A stretch of DNA of 64,000 nucleotides from an uncultured virus (IMG/VR IMGVR_UViG_3300015263_000377) (Duplodnaviria; Heunggongvirae; Uroviricota; Caudoviricetes): the IMG/VR virus record IMGVR_UViG_3300015263_000377. One strand, 5' to 3'. Positions 1 to 8,743 of this stretch are shown in pieces; positions within the stretch are counted from its first letter, which is position 1, and every line of letters begins with the position of its first letter. The position numbers and the translations under genes were made by a program. The notes under the pieces were generated by a model. The model ran no database searches and was not told the DNA's origin. It saw nothing but the letters and a program-made list of their open reading frames with translations.

Positions 1-183
1 TCAACAAACTGGTTCCACTTCGGGTCGGTGAAGACCTCGCACCGGAACGCGGGGCCACCCCCCCGCTTGAGAGACGCGGTTCGGAGGAGGGTCTTGACCT
101 CAAGGGGTAGGTTCACGTCTGAGCTGAATTACAAGGGGATCCTCGGTCACAACCGAAATCGACACGAGGCTCAAAAAAACCGC

Positions 184-213
184 TTGACGATCCACGGGGG
201 CGGGTCGTAGGGT
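184..213 (+). promoter_or_regulatory. Sigma70-like promoter heading the tRNA operon
   Basis: TTGACG (184-189), 18-nt spacer, TAGGGT (208-213), with an A-tract just upstream (UP-like). Confidence 0.6.
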
Positions 214-263
214 GCAAGAGTCAACGTGCCCTCACGGGGGCGCTAACAGGAGACCGACACTCA

Positions 264-437
264 ATGCTCCGCATGTCGCAAGAAACACTCTCAGCCAGGA
301 CGCTCGAAGCGTCGGCGGAGTCGTGTCTCTTGGCGGCCAGTGTCGAGAGCGGTCTCTTTGCGGGTCTCGATACGGCCCTGATCCAGCCCTGGTATCCCAC
401 CTCCAAGCGTCATGCCAATCCGGAGGTGGGACCATAG
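264..437 (+). CDS. 57-aa leader peptide (uORF) MLRMSQET...HANPEVGP*
   Basis: AGGAG at 248-252, ATG 264, in-frame TAG 435-437, directly followed by alternative hairpins. Below the ORF-track length cutoff. Confidence 0.55.
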   Translation: MLRMSQETLSARTLEASAESCLLAASVESGLFAGLDTALIQPWYPTSKRHANPEVGP

Positions 438-515
438 GGCGGCTAGCTGAGTCTACGGATGATCCGTAACTAGCGAGGCCGCCCTGGGAAACCCAGAGGC
501 GGCCTTCGACGTTTC
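437..515 (+). terminator. Attenuator-like terminator/antiterminator
   Basis: Hairpin GAGGCCGCC-CTGGG-AAA-CCCAG-A-GGCGGCCTTC (475-507) with a weak T tract. GGGCGGC (437-443) can alternatively pair with GCCGCCC (478-484). Confidence 0.55.
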
Positions 516-583
516 AGGGTCTTGAATTTCTCGCCCGGCCGGTTTGAAACCGGGTCCGGGTGCCCAGAGAGAGTTGTTCCCTA

Positions 584-663
584 CGCTCGGATTCGAGCCA
601 CGGGAGACGTGTACCCAGAGTGTTTCAAGCGCTCGTCAACGAGCCACAGGAGACGTGTATCCA
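584..663 (+). repeat. Two direct repeats of a double-hairpin unit, 46-nt period
   Basis: CGCTCG-N4-CGAGC-CACRGGAGACGTG-TAYCCA at 584-617 and 630-663. Confidence 0.8.
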
Positions 664-707
664 ATGAACCGCGAAAGCTATCGCAGCTCCGACTCGCCAT
701 ATCTCAT

Positions 708-790
708 GGGGTCGGGGTTAGTCCTCGGAAGGCTACTGTCGCTGTAAACGACGGGCTTAATGCTAGGTGGTTCGACTCCACACGGCCCCA
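708..790 (+). tRNA. tRNA-Tyr(GTA), atypical D arm
   Basis: Acceptor GGGGTCG/CGGCCCC, loop CT-GTA-AA, long variable arm, GGTTCGACTCC. Confidence 0.75.
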
Positions 791-864
791 CTGATTCAAG
801 AAGGATTCAAGACCATGAAACTCAAACGCAAGAGCAAGCCCGCGAAAGGCGGGCCAAAAGAGAA

Positions 865-936
865 GGAGGGTTAGCATCCGGGTGATGCAGCGGACTTTTA
901 ATCCGAGAGAGGCGGGTTCGACCCCCGTGCCCTCCA
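865..936 (+). tRNA. tRNA-Lys(TTT)
   Basis: Cloverleaf, CGGA-CT-TTT-AA-TCCG, GGTTCGA T arm. Confidence 0.85.
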
Positions 937-958
937 CCGAGCCAGAACGGCTCGACAT

Positions 959-1032
959 GGGTGCGTGGTGGCAACGGAAAACATACTCGGCTCTTACCCG
1001 ATGAGATGAGGGTTCGACTCCCTCCGCACCTA
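959..1032 (+). tRNA. tRNA-Lys(CTT)
   Basis: TCGG-CT-CTT-AC-CCGA, T arm GAGGGTTCGACTCCCTC. Confidence 0.85.
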
Positions 1033-1037
1033 CGACA

Positions 1038-1108
1038 TTCCGGTTTCCCTCGGAGGGACGGCGGTTTCTGAGGCCGCTCGGGCAGGGTTCGACACCCTGG
1101 ACCGGAAC
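1038..1108 (+). tRNA. tRNA-Gln(CTG)-like, reduced D arm
   Basis: TTCCGGT/ACCGGAA acceptor, GCGGT-TT-CTG-AG-GCCGC, T arm CAGGGTTCGACACCCTG. Confidence 0.65.
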
Positions 1109-1342
1109 CGAGGAGAGGGCAACCTCTCCACGATCATTGACAACCTAACAGGACTTGGAAAGCGTGCATCGCCCTCACGGGTGAAGCAGCCGTGCCGTGA
1201 TCGACCCCAGAGTATAGTTGGGGGCTCCAGCGACCGGGACTGCGATGTGGCGTTCCTCTCCTGCTGTAGAGTGAAAAGGTGAGGTCGATCCCGCAAGGGT
1301 GAGACCGAACCGGGGAGGTTCGTGGCAACACGTTCCTCTTTT

Positions 1343-1419
1343 TGCGAGGCTTATGTGCTGGTACATTGGGGTGGCTGTTAACCACTCTTCCGCTGGTTCG
1401 ATTCCGGCCCTCGCAGCCA
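1343..1419 (+). tRNA. tRNA-Asn(GTT)
   Basis: GTGG-CT-GTT-AA-CCAC, G73, encoded CCA. Confidence 0.85.
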
Positions 1420-1420
1420 T

Positions 1421-1492
1421 TCACGGGTAGCCAAGAGGTAAGGCAGGTGGCTGTTAACCACCCTACCGCTGGTTCGATCCCAGCCCCGTGAG
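1421..1492 (+). tRNA. tRNA-Asn(GTT)
   Basis: Canonical cloverleaf, GGTGG-CT-GTT-AA-CCACC. Confidence 0.92.
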
Positions 1493-1553
1493 CCGCCGAC
1501 GACGAGCTTAGGCCCCCGAGAGGGCTCAGCCTACGACTCGTAGTCGGACCAAT

Positions 1554-1608
1554 GTGCCCGAAGCTCAGTGGCGAGCAGCGGCCTGTTGTTCGATTCCTTC
1601 CGGGTACG
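1554..1608 (+). pseudogene. Internally deleted tRNA (Asn-like GTT)
   Basis: Acceptor GTGCCCG/CGGGTAC and D arm intact, but the sequence jumps from CT-GTT straight to GTTCGATTCC; 3' anticodon strand, variable loop and 5' T stem are missing. Confidence 0.7.
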
Positions 1609-1654
1609 CAAAGCATAATGCAACTCGCTAAGCTACTTGTTAGCTCGCGGGGGT

Positions 1655-2017
1655 GTGGCTACTCCTGAGCAACGCCGTAGGTACATGGTTTGGATGGTCT
1701 CGGAGTCCCGGCGCAAGCTGAAACTCCGGGCGGTTGAGTACAAGGGAGGAAAGTGCATCCTCTGCGGGTACAACAAGTGCGTCGCGGCTCTGGTTTTTCA
1801 CCATCTGGACGACGCCGAGAAGGATTTTCAAGTAGGCTCGAATCTCCGTTCGTGGGAGAGGGTGAAGGCCGAGGCCGACAAGTGCATCTTGGTCTGCGCC
1901 AACTGTCACGCTGAGATCCACGCCGAAGAGGCCGAGGGCAAACGAGCGGCGCTGGAGGCTGAGTTCCAAGCGATACGAGAGGCCATAGGGCCTCGGAGGA
2001 AGACCGCCAAACGGTGA
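1655..2017 (+). CDS. HNH endonuclease-like protein
   Basis: GGKCILCGY...FHH...KCILVCANCHAEIH (CxxC...HH...CxNCH). Confidence 0.85.
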   Translation: MATPEQRRRYMVWMVSESRRKLKLRAVEYKGGKCILCGYNKCVAALVFHHLDDAEKDFQVGSNLRSWERVKAEADKCILVCANCHAEIHAEEAEGKRAALEAEFQAIREAIGPRRKTAKR

Positions 2018-2040
2018 AGCTCTTGTCTCTTCCCTTCAAC

Positions 2041-2493
2041 ATGAGCCTCGGTCTTGTGAAGCGCGTGGTGGCTCGTTGGGTTGCGGCGCAAGCTGACGAC
2101 GAAGACGAACCCCATGACCCCGCCAACGGGGTGCTCCACAAGTGGCAGCTCGACTCCTTGGAGAACAAGGCCGCGTGGAAGGGTTACAAGTACAGCCTCT
2201 CCGTGTGGACCTGGGACGCGTCGACCTACGACGACTCGGACGAGCCCAACGACTGGGGTGACCAGACGAAGCACGGACCTCGTCTAACGATGGACGAAGT
2301 GCTCGAAGCCATCGGGAAGGCCCCGTTCAAGTGGGGCGAGTGGACCGACTCCTCCAAGGAGTCCTTCCAGAGCAAGGTCAAGAAGACCAAGAAGACGGTC
2401 ACCCAAGCGATCGTCAACATCGAGCGTGTCGATGGCAAACGGCTCTCTTATGAAGAGCGCGAGCACATCGAAGACACGATGAAACTGAAGTAA
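2041..2493 (+). CDS. Hypothetical protein with N-terminal LVKRVVARW motif
   Basis: Clean ORF; N-terminal motif shared with other ORFs in the window. Confidence 0.75.
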   Translation: MSLGLVKRVVARWVAAQADDEDEPHDPANGVLHKWQLDSLENKAAWKGYKYSLSVWTWDASTYDDSDEPNDWGDQTKHGPRLTMDEVLEAIGKAPFKWGEWTDSSKESFQSKVKKTKKTVTQAIVNIERVDGKRLSYEEREHIEDTMKLK

Positions 2494-2494
2494 C

Positions 2495-2566
2495 GCCCGT
2501 AAAGCCTAGATGGTGAGGCGCCGCTCTCGTAAGGCGGAGAATCCGGTTCGATTCCGGGTACGGGCT
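2495..2566 (+). tRNA. tRNA-Thr(CGT)
   Basis: CCGCT-CT-CGT-AA-GGCGG, T arm CCGGTTCGATTCCGG. Confidence 0.88.
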
Positions 2567-2598
2567 CTACTGGTGACCTACTTATGTGGTGAGTAGGT

Positions 2599-3090
2599 AT
2601 GCCTCGCGAGAAGTACACCAAAGAGATCCTCGAAACAGCCGTCAGATCAAGCACTACAATGGTGGAAGTGCTTAGAAATCTTGGGGTTACCAATTACTCA
2701 GGAAGTCTGCACGTCCATCTGAAGAAGAAGATCGAGGCTTTAGGGATCGACGTATCCCACATGCGTACAGGCAGGGATTGGTCTAAAGGACAGCATTCTT
2801 GGAAGAAGAAGCCGTGGGAGGAGATCCTACGTGTGACGGACACCGGGAAGAGAGGTCAAACATACCAACTTCGCCGGGCTTTACTTGAAAGCGGAGCACC
2901 TCATCGTTGTGACTCGTGTGGTCTAGGGCCGGAATGGAATGGGCGCCCTCTTGTCCTTCAACTTGATCATCGAGACGGGGACTGGGCGAACCACACAAAA
3001 GAAAACCTCCGGTTCTTGTGCCCTAATTGCCACTCTCAAACAGAAACATACGGAAAACGTTCCAAAAACGCGGGTGTAGCTCAGAGGTAG
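2599..3090 (+). CDS. HNH endonuclease with N-terminal DNA-binding helix
   Basis: CDSCG...LQLDHRDGDWANHTKENLRFLCPNCHSQT; stop codon lies inside the downstream tRNA-Gly. Confidence 0.9.
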   Translation: MPREKYTKEILETAVRSSTTMVEVLRNLGVTNYSGSLHVHLKKKIEALGIDVSHMRTGRDWSKGQHSWKKKPWEEILRVTDTGKRGQTYQLRRALLESGAPHRCDSCGLGPEWNGRPLVLQLDHRDGDWANHTKENLRFLCPNCHSQTETYGKRSKNAGVAQR

Positions 3091-3141
3091 AGCGTCTCGT
3101 TGCCAACGAGAAGATCGCCGGTTCGATCCCGGTCACCCGCT
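3070..3141 (+). tRNA. tRNA-Gly(GCC)
   Basis: GCGGGTGTAGCTCAG start, TCTCG-TT-GCC-AA-CGAGA, T73. Confidence 0.93.
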
Positions 3142-3142
3142 C

Positions 3143-3219
3143 CGCAGGGAGGCTAGACATAGCTGCCAGCGACGGCTCATAACCCTCGCCATGTCGGTGC
3201 AACACGACCCCTGCAACCA
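3143..3219 (+). tRNA. tRNA-Met(CAT), initiator-like, divergent
   Basis: C1:A72 mismatch, CT-CAT-AA loop, odd T loop TGCAACA, encoded CCA. Confidence 0.65.
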
Positions 3220-3264
3220 CGTGAAGGATCCTTTCATCGGGCTTGGTGTAACGTAGAGGAAGCC

Positions 3265-3624
3265 ATGGCGACCATCGAAGACCTACGAGCCCTAGTGGAT
3301 GCGCAAGTACCGAGCCTGTCGGACGCTTTGAGGACCGAGATTTCTGAGGTCGCCTTCCGGCTTTCGATCACGCATCCGGATACGAACGCGAATGTGGTGG
3401 CGAAGGCCATTACGATCGTACCGATCCCCCCGGCCGCTCCAGCGGCCCCGACCCCGCTCACCTTTGAACAAGAGGTGACCACACTTCTCGACGGTCAGGT
3501 CCCAGCGCTTTCGGACACCGAGAAGACGGTGGCTCAAAGTTTGGTGACCAAAGTGAAGGCGAAGAACCCAAGTGCGGACGCTGCCACATGCGTACGCATG
3601 GCTCTTTCGAGAATCGCCCTCTAG
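3265..3624 (+). CDS. Hypothetical protein with internal duplication (L.D.QVP.LSD twice)
   Basis: ORF with GAGGA RBS and upstream GGTGTA motif. Confidence 0.7.
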   Translation: MATIEDLRALVDAQVPSLSDALRTEISEVAFRLSITHPDTNANVVAKAITIVPIPPAAPAAPTPLTFEQEVTTLLDGQVPALSDTEKTVAQSLVTKVKAKNPSADAATCVRMALSRIAL

Positions 3625-3660
3625 CTGTCAGATCAGGAAGCCTTCGGGCGTCCTAAGCTC

Positions 3661-3724
3661 GGGTCGAATGCAGGGTGGGACTACACACCCATTCGTAGAG
3701 TCTTGCCCGATTTCTTGTCGACCC
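3661..3724 (+). ncRNA. Y-RNA-like scaffold copy 1 (minimal, no tRNA cargo)
   Basis: GGGTC-GAATG...GGGACTACA...GTC...CTTG-TCGACCC with terminal stem. Confidence 0.7.
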
Positions 3725-3728
3725 TCCG

Positions 3729-3802
3729 TGTCGGGATGGAGCAGCGGTAGCTCGTCGGTTTCATACGCCGAAGGACGTTGGTTCAATTCCAACTCCCGAC
3801 CC
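3729..3802 (+). tRNA. tRNA-Met(CAT), initiator-like D arm
   Basis: TGGAGCAGCGGTAGCTCG D arm as in fMet; TCGGT-TT-CAT-AC-GCCGA. Confidence 0.8.
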
Positions 3803-3850
3803 CGCCGACGCAGGAAGCCATCTTCGGGTGGCCTACTGCCGAGGCCAAAT

Positions 3851-3925
3851 GGCCCCATCGTCTACGTTTGGCTAGGACATCAGGTTCTCAACCTGAAAAA
3901 GCGGGATCGACACCCGCTGGGGCTG
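3851..3925 (+). tRNA. tRNA-Glu(CTC)
   Basis: TCAGG-TT-CTC-AA-CCTGA; T loop ATCGACA. Confidence 0.85.
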
Positions 3926-3927
3926 CC

Positions 3928-3992
3928 GGATCGAATGCTGCTCGCGGACTACATCTGGAAAAATGCACGTCTCGGGCGATTCTTGTCGGTCC
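3928..3992 (+). ncRNA. Y-RNA-like scaffold copy 2 (minimal)
   Basis: GGATC-GAATG...GGACTACAT...GTC...CTTG-TCGGTCC. Confidence 0.7.
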
Positions 3993-4019
3993 ACTTTTCA
4001 TTGGTGTCTCACTTGGAGC

Positions 4020-4295
4020 ATGGTGCTCAGAGTCGAAGACTTCGTGTTCACGTTTGACGAGGCGGTCACCCGCCACGAGACCTTCGACAACCGACCGGAC
4101 TACTACGGGGTCATCTTCCACACGGAAGACGGCTACCGGCACGAGGTCATAAGCTCGAAGCTCGGGGTGAGGGTCCTCATCAACCACAAGACCTGGCTCG
4201 GGTACGGAGAGGACGTCCCCTTCCACGAGGGGACCTTCTGGAAGCTCCCGGCCGGGGTTCACGCGGAACGTTCGCCCTGTTCGTCTACTGGCTAG
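4020..4295 (+). CDS. Hypothetical protein
   Basis: GGAG RBS, GGTGTC motif upstream; stop lies inside tRNA-Glu. Confidence 0.65.
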   Translation: MVLRVEDFVFTFDEAVTRHETFDNRPDYYGVIFHTEDGYRHEVISSKLGVRVLINHKTWLGYGEDVPFHEGTFWKLPAGVHAERSPCSSTG

Positions 4296-4345
4296 GATGC
4301 TTGGTTTTCACCCAGGCGAAAGGGGATCGAAACCCCTACAGGGCA
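4274..4345 (+). tRNA. tRNA-Glu(TTC)
   Basis: CTTGG-TT-TTC-AC-CCAGG, acceptor GCCCTGT/ACAGGGC. Confidence 0.88.
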
Positions 4346-4488
4346 CTACGCGGGGAGTAGAATCGGAAGATGCGGTGGAGGTAACCAACGCAGCCGAGGT
4401 AGCTCCCGCAACGGGCAAAGGGAAGGCCCGTGCCTCTTCGTCGGTCCGGTTAGGGCCGTGACCCGAAGAGGCGAACACGACCCACCAT

Positions 4489-4564
4489 GCCGAGGTAGCT
4501 CAAATGGTAGAGCAGCGGACTGAAAATCCGCGTGTAGCCGGTTCGATCCCGGCCCTCGGCACCA
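4489..4564 (+). tRNA. tRNA-Phe(GAA)
   Basis: Canonical; GCGGA-CT-GAA-AA-TCCGC, encoded CCA. Confidence 0.96.
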
Positions 4565-4565
4565 T

Positions 4566-4647
4566 CCACCGCGAGCGGAGCTGGTAGACCCCACCCGGCT
4601 GATAACCGGGGCCGCAAGGCCGCAGAGTTCGATTCTCTGGCGGTGGA
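4566..4647 (+). tRNA. tRNA-Ile(GAT) with extra variable hairpin
   Basis: CCCGG-CT-GAT-AA-CCGGG followed by a GCC-GCAA-GGC arm. Confidence 0.7.
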
Positions 4648-4719
4648 CCGATGCGAGGACCGGAGGACCCTCGGGGAACTTTGGATCCCCGGTGATCACT
4701 GGATCAAGACCTCGCGTTC

Positions 4720-4863
4720 GACGCTGAATGTCGTCGGGACTACAACCCCCGCCACGAGTCCCGGAGCCTCGGTTCCGAGCTTCGTGGGGGGTTACGGTTG
4801 TGGCCGCCCTCCAAAAGCGGACCCGCTTCCGTGCTGAAAGTCTCAGCACCCCTTGTCAGCGTC
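4720..4863 (+). ncRNA. Y-RNA-like scaffold copy 3
   Basis: GACGCT-GAATG...GGGACTACA...GTC...CTTG-TCAGCGTC; cargo includes a CT-CCA-AA anticodon-like hairpin (4804-4820). Confidence 0.7.
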
Positions 4864-4866
4864 AAT

Positions 4867-4940
4867 GCCCTCGTAGTCTTCTGGTGATGACGCCTGCCTG
4901 TCGAGCAGGGTCGAGGAGGGTTCGATTCCCTTCGGGGGCG
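4867..4940 (+). tRNA. tRNA-Asp(GTC)
   Basis: CCTGC-CT-GTC-GA-GCAGG, G73. Confidence 0.88.
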
Positions 4941-5132
4941 CTATTCGTCGTCAGGGTCTTGTTCGGGGGCTACCTTCATGCGGATGCTCGAAGGCGGGCA
5001 CTCGATGACCTGGTCCCAAAGAGGTAACCCCTCTTTGCATATTGTGCAGACGAAAGGCTGGGGAGGCACCTGATCCGAAAAGGACCACTGCCAACCGCAT
5101 GACCCGCATTGAAGGTCGAGAGCCTCAGCCAT
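4941..5132 (-). CDS. Small zinc-ribbon protein
   Basis: CGSC...CTIC pair in 63 aa. Confidence 0.55.
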   Translation of the reverse strand: MAEALDLQCGSCGWQWSFSDQVPPQPFVCTICKEGLPLWDQVIECPPSSIRMKVAPEQDPDDE

Positions 5133-5167
5133 CTTACCAAGAGAGATCCAAAAACGGATCCTGAAGG

Positions 5168-5635
5168 TCAGACGATCTTATCTAGGACTTTCACCCACAT
5201 GGGGTAGCGTCGTTTCAACTCGACCGCTTCGAGGAAGTACGCCGCGAAACAGTCCGCAAATGCCTCATCCATGTTGAACTGACCGTAGGGGAGATTCGCG
5301 GTATCCCAAGGATCCACGTCGACCTCGGCGAGATCGCTCACCAACCTCGACAAGCCGTACTCGCTGAGACGCCAATGCCCCAGCTCGTGTGCGAAGACGA
5401 AGTCTCTCGTTTTTTCGTCTAATTTCCAGAACTTCGGGTATAGTTGAATCTCGTTCCCAGCCTGTCGAGCCTCGGGGTGGCTTCCGCTCCCCCCGCTTGA
5501 CTTGTCCACTACCTTCGGTGGAGCATAGCGCTTCAACTTCGGGTACCTCCCGAAGAAGTCCTTGGTGAAGGTCGCCGCATCCTCGGTGGTCTTGGCGAGG
5601 AAACGCCTCGCTACACGTCGAGCAAGATCACTCAT
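5168..5635 (-). CDS. Zincin-like metallopeptidase domain protein with N-terminal RRVARRF motif
   Basis: FAHELGH...DEAFA (HExxH plus downstream E). Confidence 0.75.
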   Translation of the reverse strand: MSDLARRVARRFLAKTTEDAATFTKDFFGRYPKLKRYAPPKVVDKSSGGSGSHPEARQAGNEIQLYPKFWKLDEKTRDFVFAHELGHWRLSEYGLSRLVSDLAEVDVDPWDTANLPYGQFNMDEAFADCFAAYFLEAVELKRRYPMWVKVLDKIV

Positions 5636-5746
5636 CCTGCTACCGCAACGGTATCAGAACAAATGGTAGCCTCTGGAGCCGGGTGGTCCGGCGAGGCAAG
5701 GAGAGAGAAGACAGAAAGAGGGGACTGGCACTCCCCGATCACGCCA

Positions 5747-6922
<1,176 letters not shown>

Positions 6923-6964
6923 AACGAAGGTCTGCCTCTAAATAGCTTATGGTTATTTAGAGGC

Positions 6965-7429
6965 ATGGCCGACCTTCGCAAGTGTCCCCGGTGCCCTGAA
7001 CCCAAGCCAGTCTCCGAGTTCAACTGGCGATCCAAGGCGAAAGGCAGGCTTCAAAGTCTCTGTAGAGACCACCAACGCCAGCGAAACCTCGTCCACTACC
7101 GAGACCACCCTGGCTCATATAAGCGTCGCGCAGTAACCCACAGAAGGACTCTTAGGCAGCAATACACGAACTGGCTTTTTCAACATCCCTGTGTTGACTG
7201 CGGGGAGGGGGATCCGGTCGTTCTTGACGCCGATCATGTCCGTGGGGAAAAGAAACGAGGCGGGATAAGCCGCATGCTTAAGTGTGGGTGTAGTTGGCAA
7301 GCCGTTCTGAAGGAACTTGAAAAGTGTGAGGTCAGGTGCGCCAACTGCCATCGACGAAAGACCTCACGCGAAAGGGACTGGAAGTCCCGGATTCAATATG
7401 TAGATTTAGGGGTATCAGCTAGCGGTTAA
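6965..7429 (+). CDS. HNH endonuclease
   Basis: CPRC...PCVDCGE..VLDADH...KCEVRCANCHRRKT; stop inside tRNA-Trp. Confidence 0.88.
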   Translation: MADLRKCPRCPEPKPVSEFNWRSKAKGRLQSLCRDHQRQRNLVHYRDHPGSYKRRAVTHRRTLRQQYTNWLFQHPCVDCGEGDPVVLDADHVRGEKKRGGISRMLKCGCSWQAVLKELEKCEVRCANCHRRKTSRERDWKSRIQYVDLGVSASG

Positions 7430-7479
7430 GCTGCCGGTTTCCAAGTCCGGTCACGGGAGTTCGAGTCTCTCTGCCCCTG
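7408..7479 (+). tRNA. tRNA-Trp(CCA)
   Basis: AGGGGTA/TGCCCCT acceptor, G73, loop TT-CCA-AG. Confidence 0.8.
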
Positions 7480-7481
7480 CC

Positions 7482-7641
7482 GCGACGAATGCAGTTGAGG
7501 ACTACATCGCTTCATACGCGGGAGGTCACGAGGTTCGAGTCCTCGTTCCCGCCACCAAGCGCCGTCGAAAGCCGACGTTTGGTAGCGGGATAGCTCAGAG
7601 GTAGAGCGCCTAAAAGTTGTCTTCGCACCTCTTGTCGTCGC
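7482..7641 (+). ncRNA. Y-RNA-like scaffold copy 4 carrying a circularly permuted tRNA(CAT)
   Basis: Scaffold motifs flank a tRNA 3' half (7508-7557, with anticodon loop, T arm and ACCA) followed by a 5' half (7584-7610). Confidence 0.85.
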
Positions 7642-7644
7642 TAT

Positions 7645-7718
7645 CAAGGCGTGGCTCAATCTGGTAGAGCACTCGGCTGGGGGCTGAGCGATTGCAGGTT
7701 CAAATCCTGTCGCCTTGA
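7645..7718 (+). tRNA. tRNA-Pro(GGG)
   Basis: C1, CTCGG-CT-GGG-GG-CTGAG, GGTTCAAATCC. Confidence 0.9.
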
Positions 7719-7751
7719 CTGATTCTTGGTGTAGTGTGTCAGAAGATCCCT

Positions 7752-7826
7752 TGGGGCATCGTCCAATGGCTAGGACGCGAGATTTTGGTTCTCGTTATCT
7801 AGGTTCGAGTCCTAGTGCCCCAGCCA
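7752..7826 (+). tRNA. tRNA-Gln(TTG)
   Basis: TGGGGCA start, CGAGA-TT-TTG-GT-TCTCG, GCCA end. Confidence 0.92.
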
Positions 7827-7836
7827 GCAAGATTCT

Positions 7837-7915
7837 TGGGGAATAGCTCAGTAGGCAGAGCGGGAGGCTTTGACCCTCCGTCATCGCGGGGGTTCGAGTC
7901 CCTCTTCCCCAACCA
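7837..7915 (+). tRNA. tRNA-Gln(TTG)
   Basis: GGAGG-CT-TTG-AC-CCTCC, encoded CCA. Confidence 0.88.
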
Positions 7916-7920
7916 GTTTC

Positions 7921-8037
7921 AACGCGGTCGAATGCCGTTCGGGTATACATCCTACCATTCACGGAAGGCGGGGTTCGATTCCTCCCTAAACCAAAGAGGC
8001 TGGTGCCTCGTACTCGGCATCTCTTGTCGATCTCGTT
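7921..8037 (+). ncRNA. Y-RNA-like scaffold copy 5
   Basis: GGTC-GAATG...GGGTATACAT...T arm GGGGTTCGATTCCTC...GTACTCG...CTTGTCGATC; compensatory change in the inner helix. Confidence 0.72.
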
Positions 8038-8046
8038 GAAATTCAT

Positions 8047-8123
8047 CTAGGTGTGGCTCAATCTGGTAGAGCGCTCGGTTCGGGTCCGAGAGACTGGAGG
8101 TTCAAATCCTCTCACCTAGACCA
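8047..8123 (+). tRNA. tRNA-Pro(CGG)
   Basis: CTCGG-TT-CGG-GT-CCGAG, encoded CCA. Confidence 0.93.
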
Positions 8124-8150
8124 TACTTCCTTTGGTGTATCGACAGCGTA

Positions 8151-8738
8151 GTGAGCGACCGCCAAAGCGTCAGTGAGAACAAGGATTGGTGTACCCCTCC
8201 CGAGTACACGGCGAAGATCCGCGACTTCTTTGGCGGGGTCATCCACTTGGATCCGTGCTCCAACACGGAGTCCTCCGTTGGTGCCCTCACTACCTACCAG
8301 CTCCCTACGGACGGCCTCAACGAGTCATGGGACTTCCCCACGATCTACGTCAACCCTCCGTACGGTTACGACAGAGCACGAGGTACGAGAATCGGAACGT
8401 GGGTCCGCAGGTGTTCCGTCGCTCATGTAGAACACGGTAGCGAAATCATCTCGCTCATCCCTACAGCGACCAACACGGCCTACTGGCAAGACCTCGTTTT
8501 CAAGTACACCCACGCCGTGTGCTTCATTCGAGAGCCTCGCGTGAAGTTCTACGTCAAGCGAGGGGAAAAGACGAAGGGAGCCCCAATGGCGTGCTCGTTC
8601 CTCTACTGGGGAACGAGGGTTGAAGCCTTCTGTTCGGCCTTCGGTGGACACTTCGGGACGTGCTTCCCAACCGAAGGGGCTGCCTTCGAGAGAGCTTCGT
8701 TGTTTGACACGTTACTCGATCTTATTGAAGATGAATAG
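8151..8738 (+). CDS. Phage DNA N6-adenine methyltransferase (Dam-like)
   Basis: DWCTPP, LDPCS, DGL..SW, YVNPPY, LIP..TNT.YWQ. Confidence 0.88.
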   Translation: MSDRQSVSENKDWCTPPEYTAKIRDFFGGVIHLDPCSNTESSVGALTTYQLPTDGLNESWDFPTIYVNPPYGYDRARGTRIGTWVRRCSVAHVEHGSEIISLIPTATNTAYWQDLVFKYTHAVCFIREPRVKFYVKRGEKTKGAPMACSFLYWGTRVEAFCSAFGGHFGTCFPTEGAAFERASLFDTLLDLIEDE

Positions 8739-8743
8739 ACCAT

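Noticed and set aside
1..170. GC-rich sequence at the window start as a gene or ncRNA
   Set aside because: No convincing ORF or recognisable structure; upstream context is missing.
522..1616. ORF-track entries overlapping tRNA clusters (also near 3572-4152, 8790-9560, 10809-11411, 21319-22750)
   Set aside because: They run through clear tRNA or ncRNA genes and show no protein-like features.
3072..3078. GGTGTA inside tRNA acceptor stems (also 10824, 17748) counted as promoters
   Set aside because: Explained by tRNA positions 4-9; excluded from the motif list.
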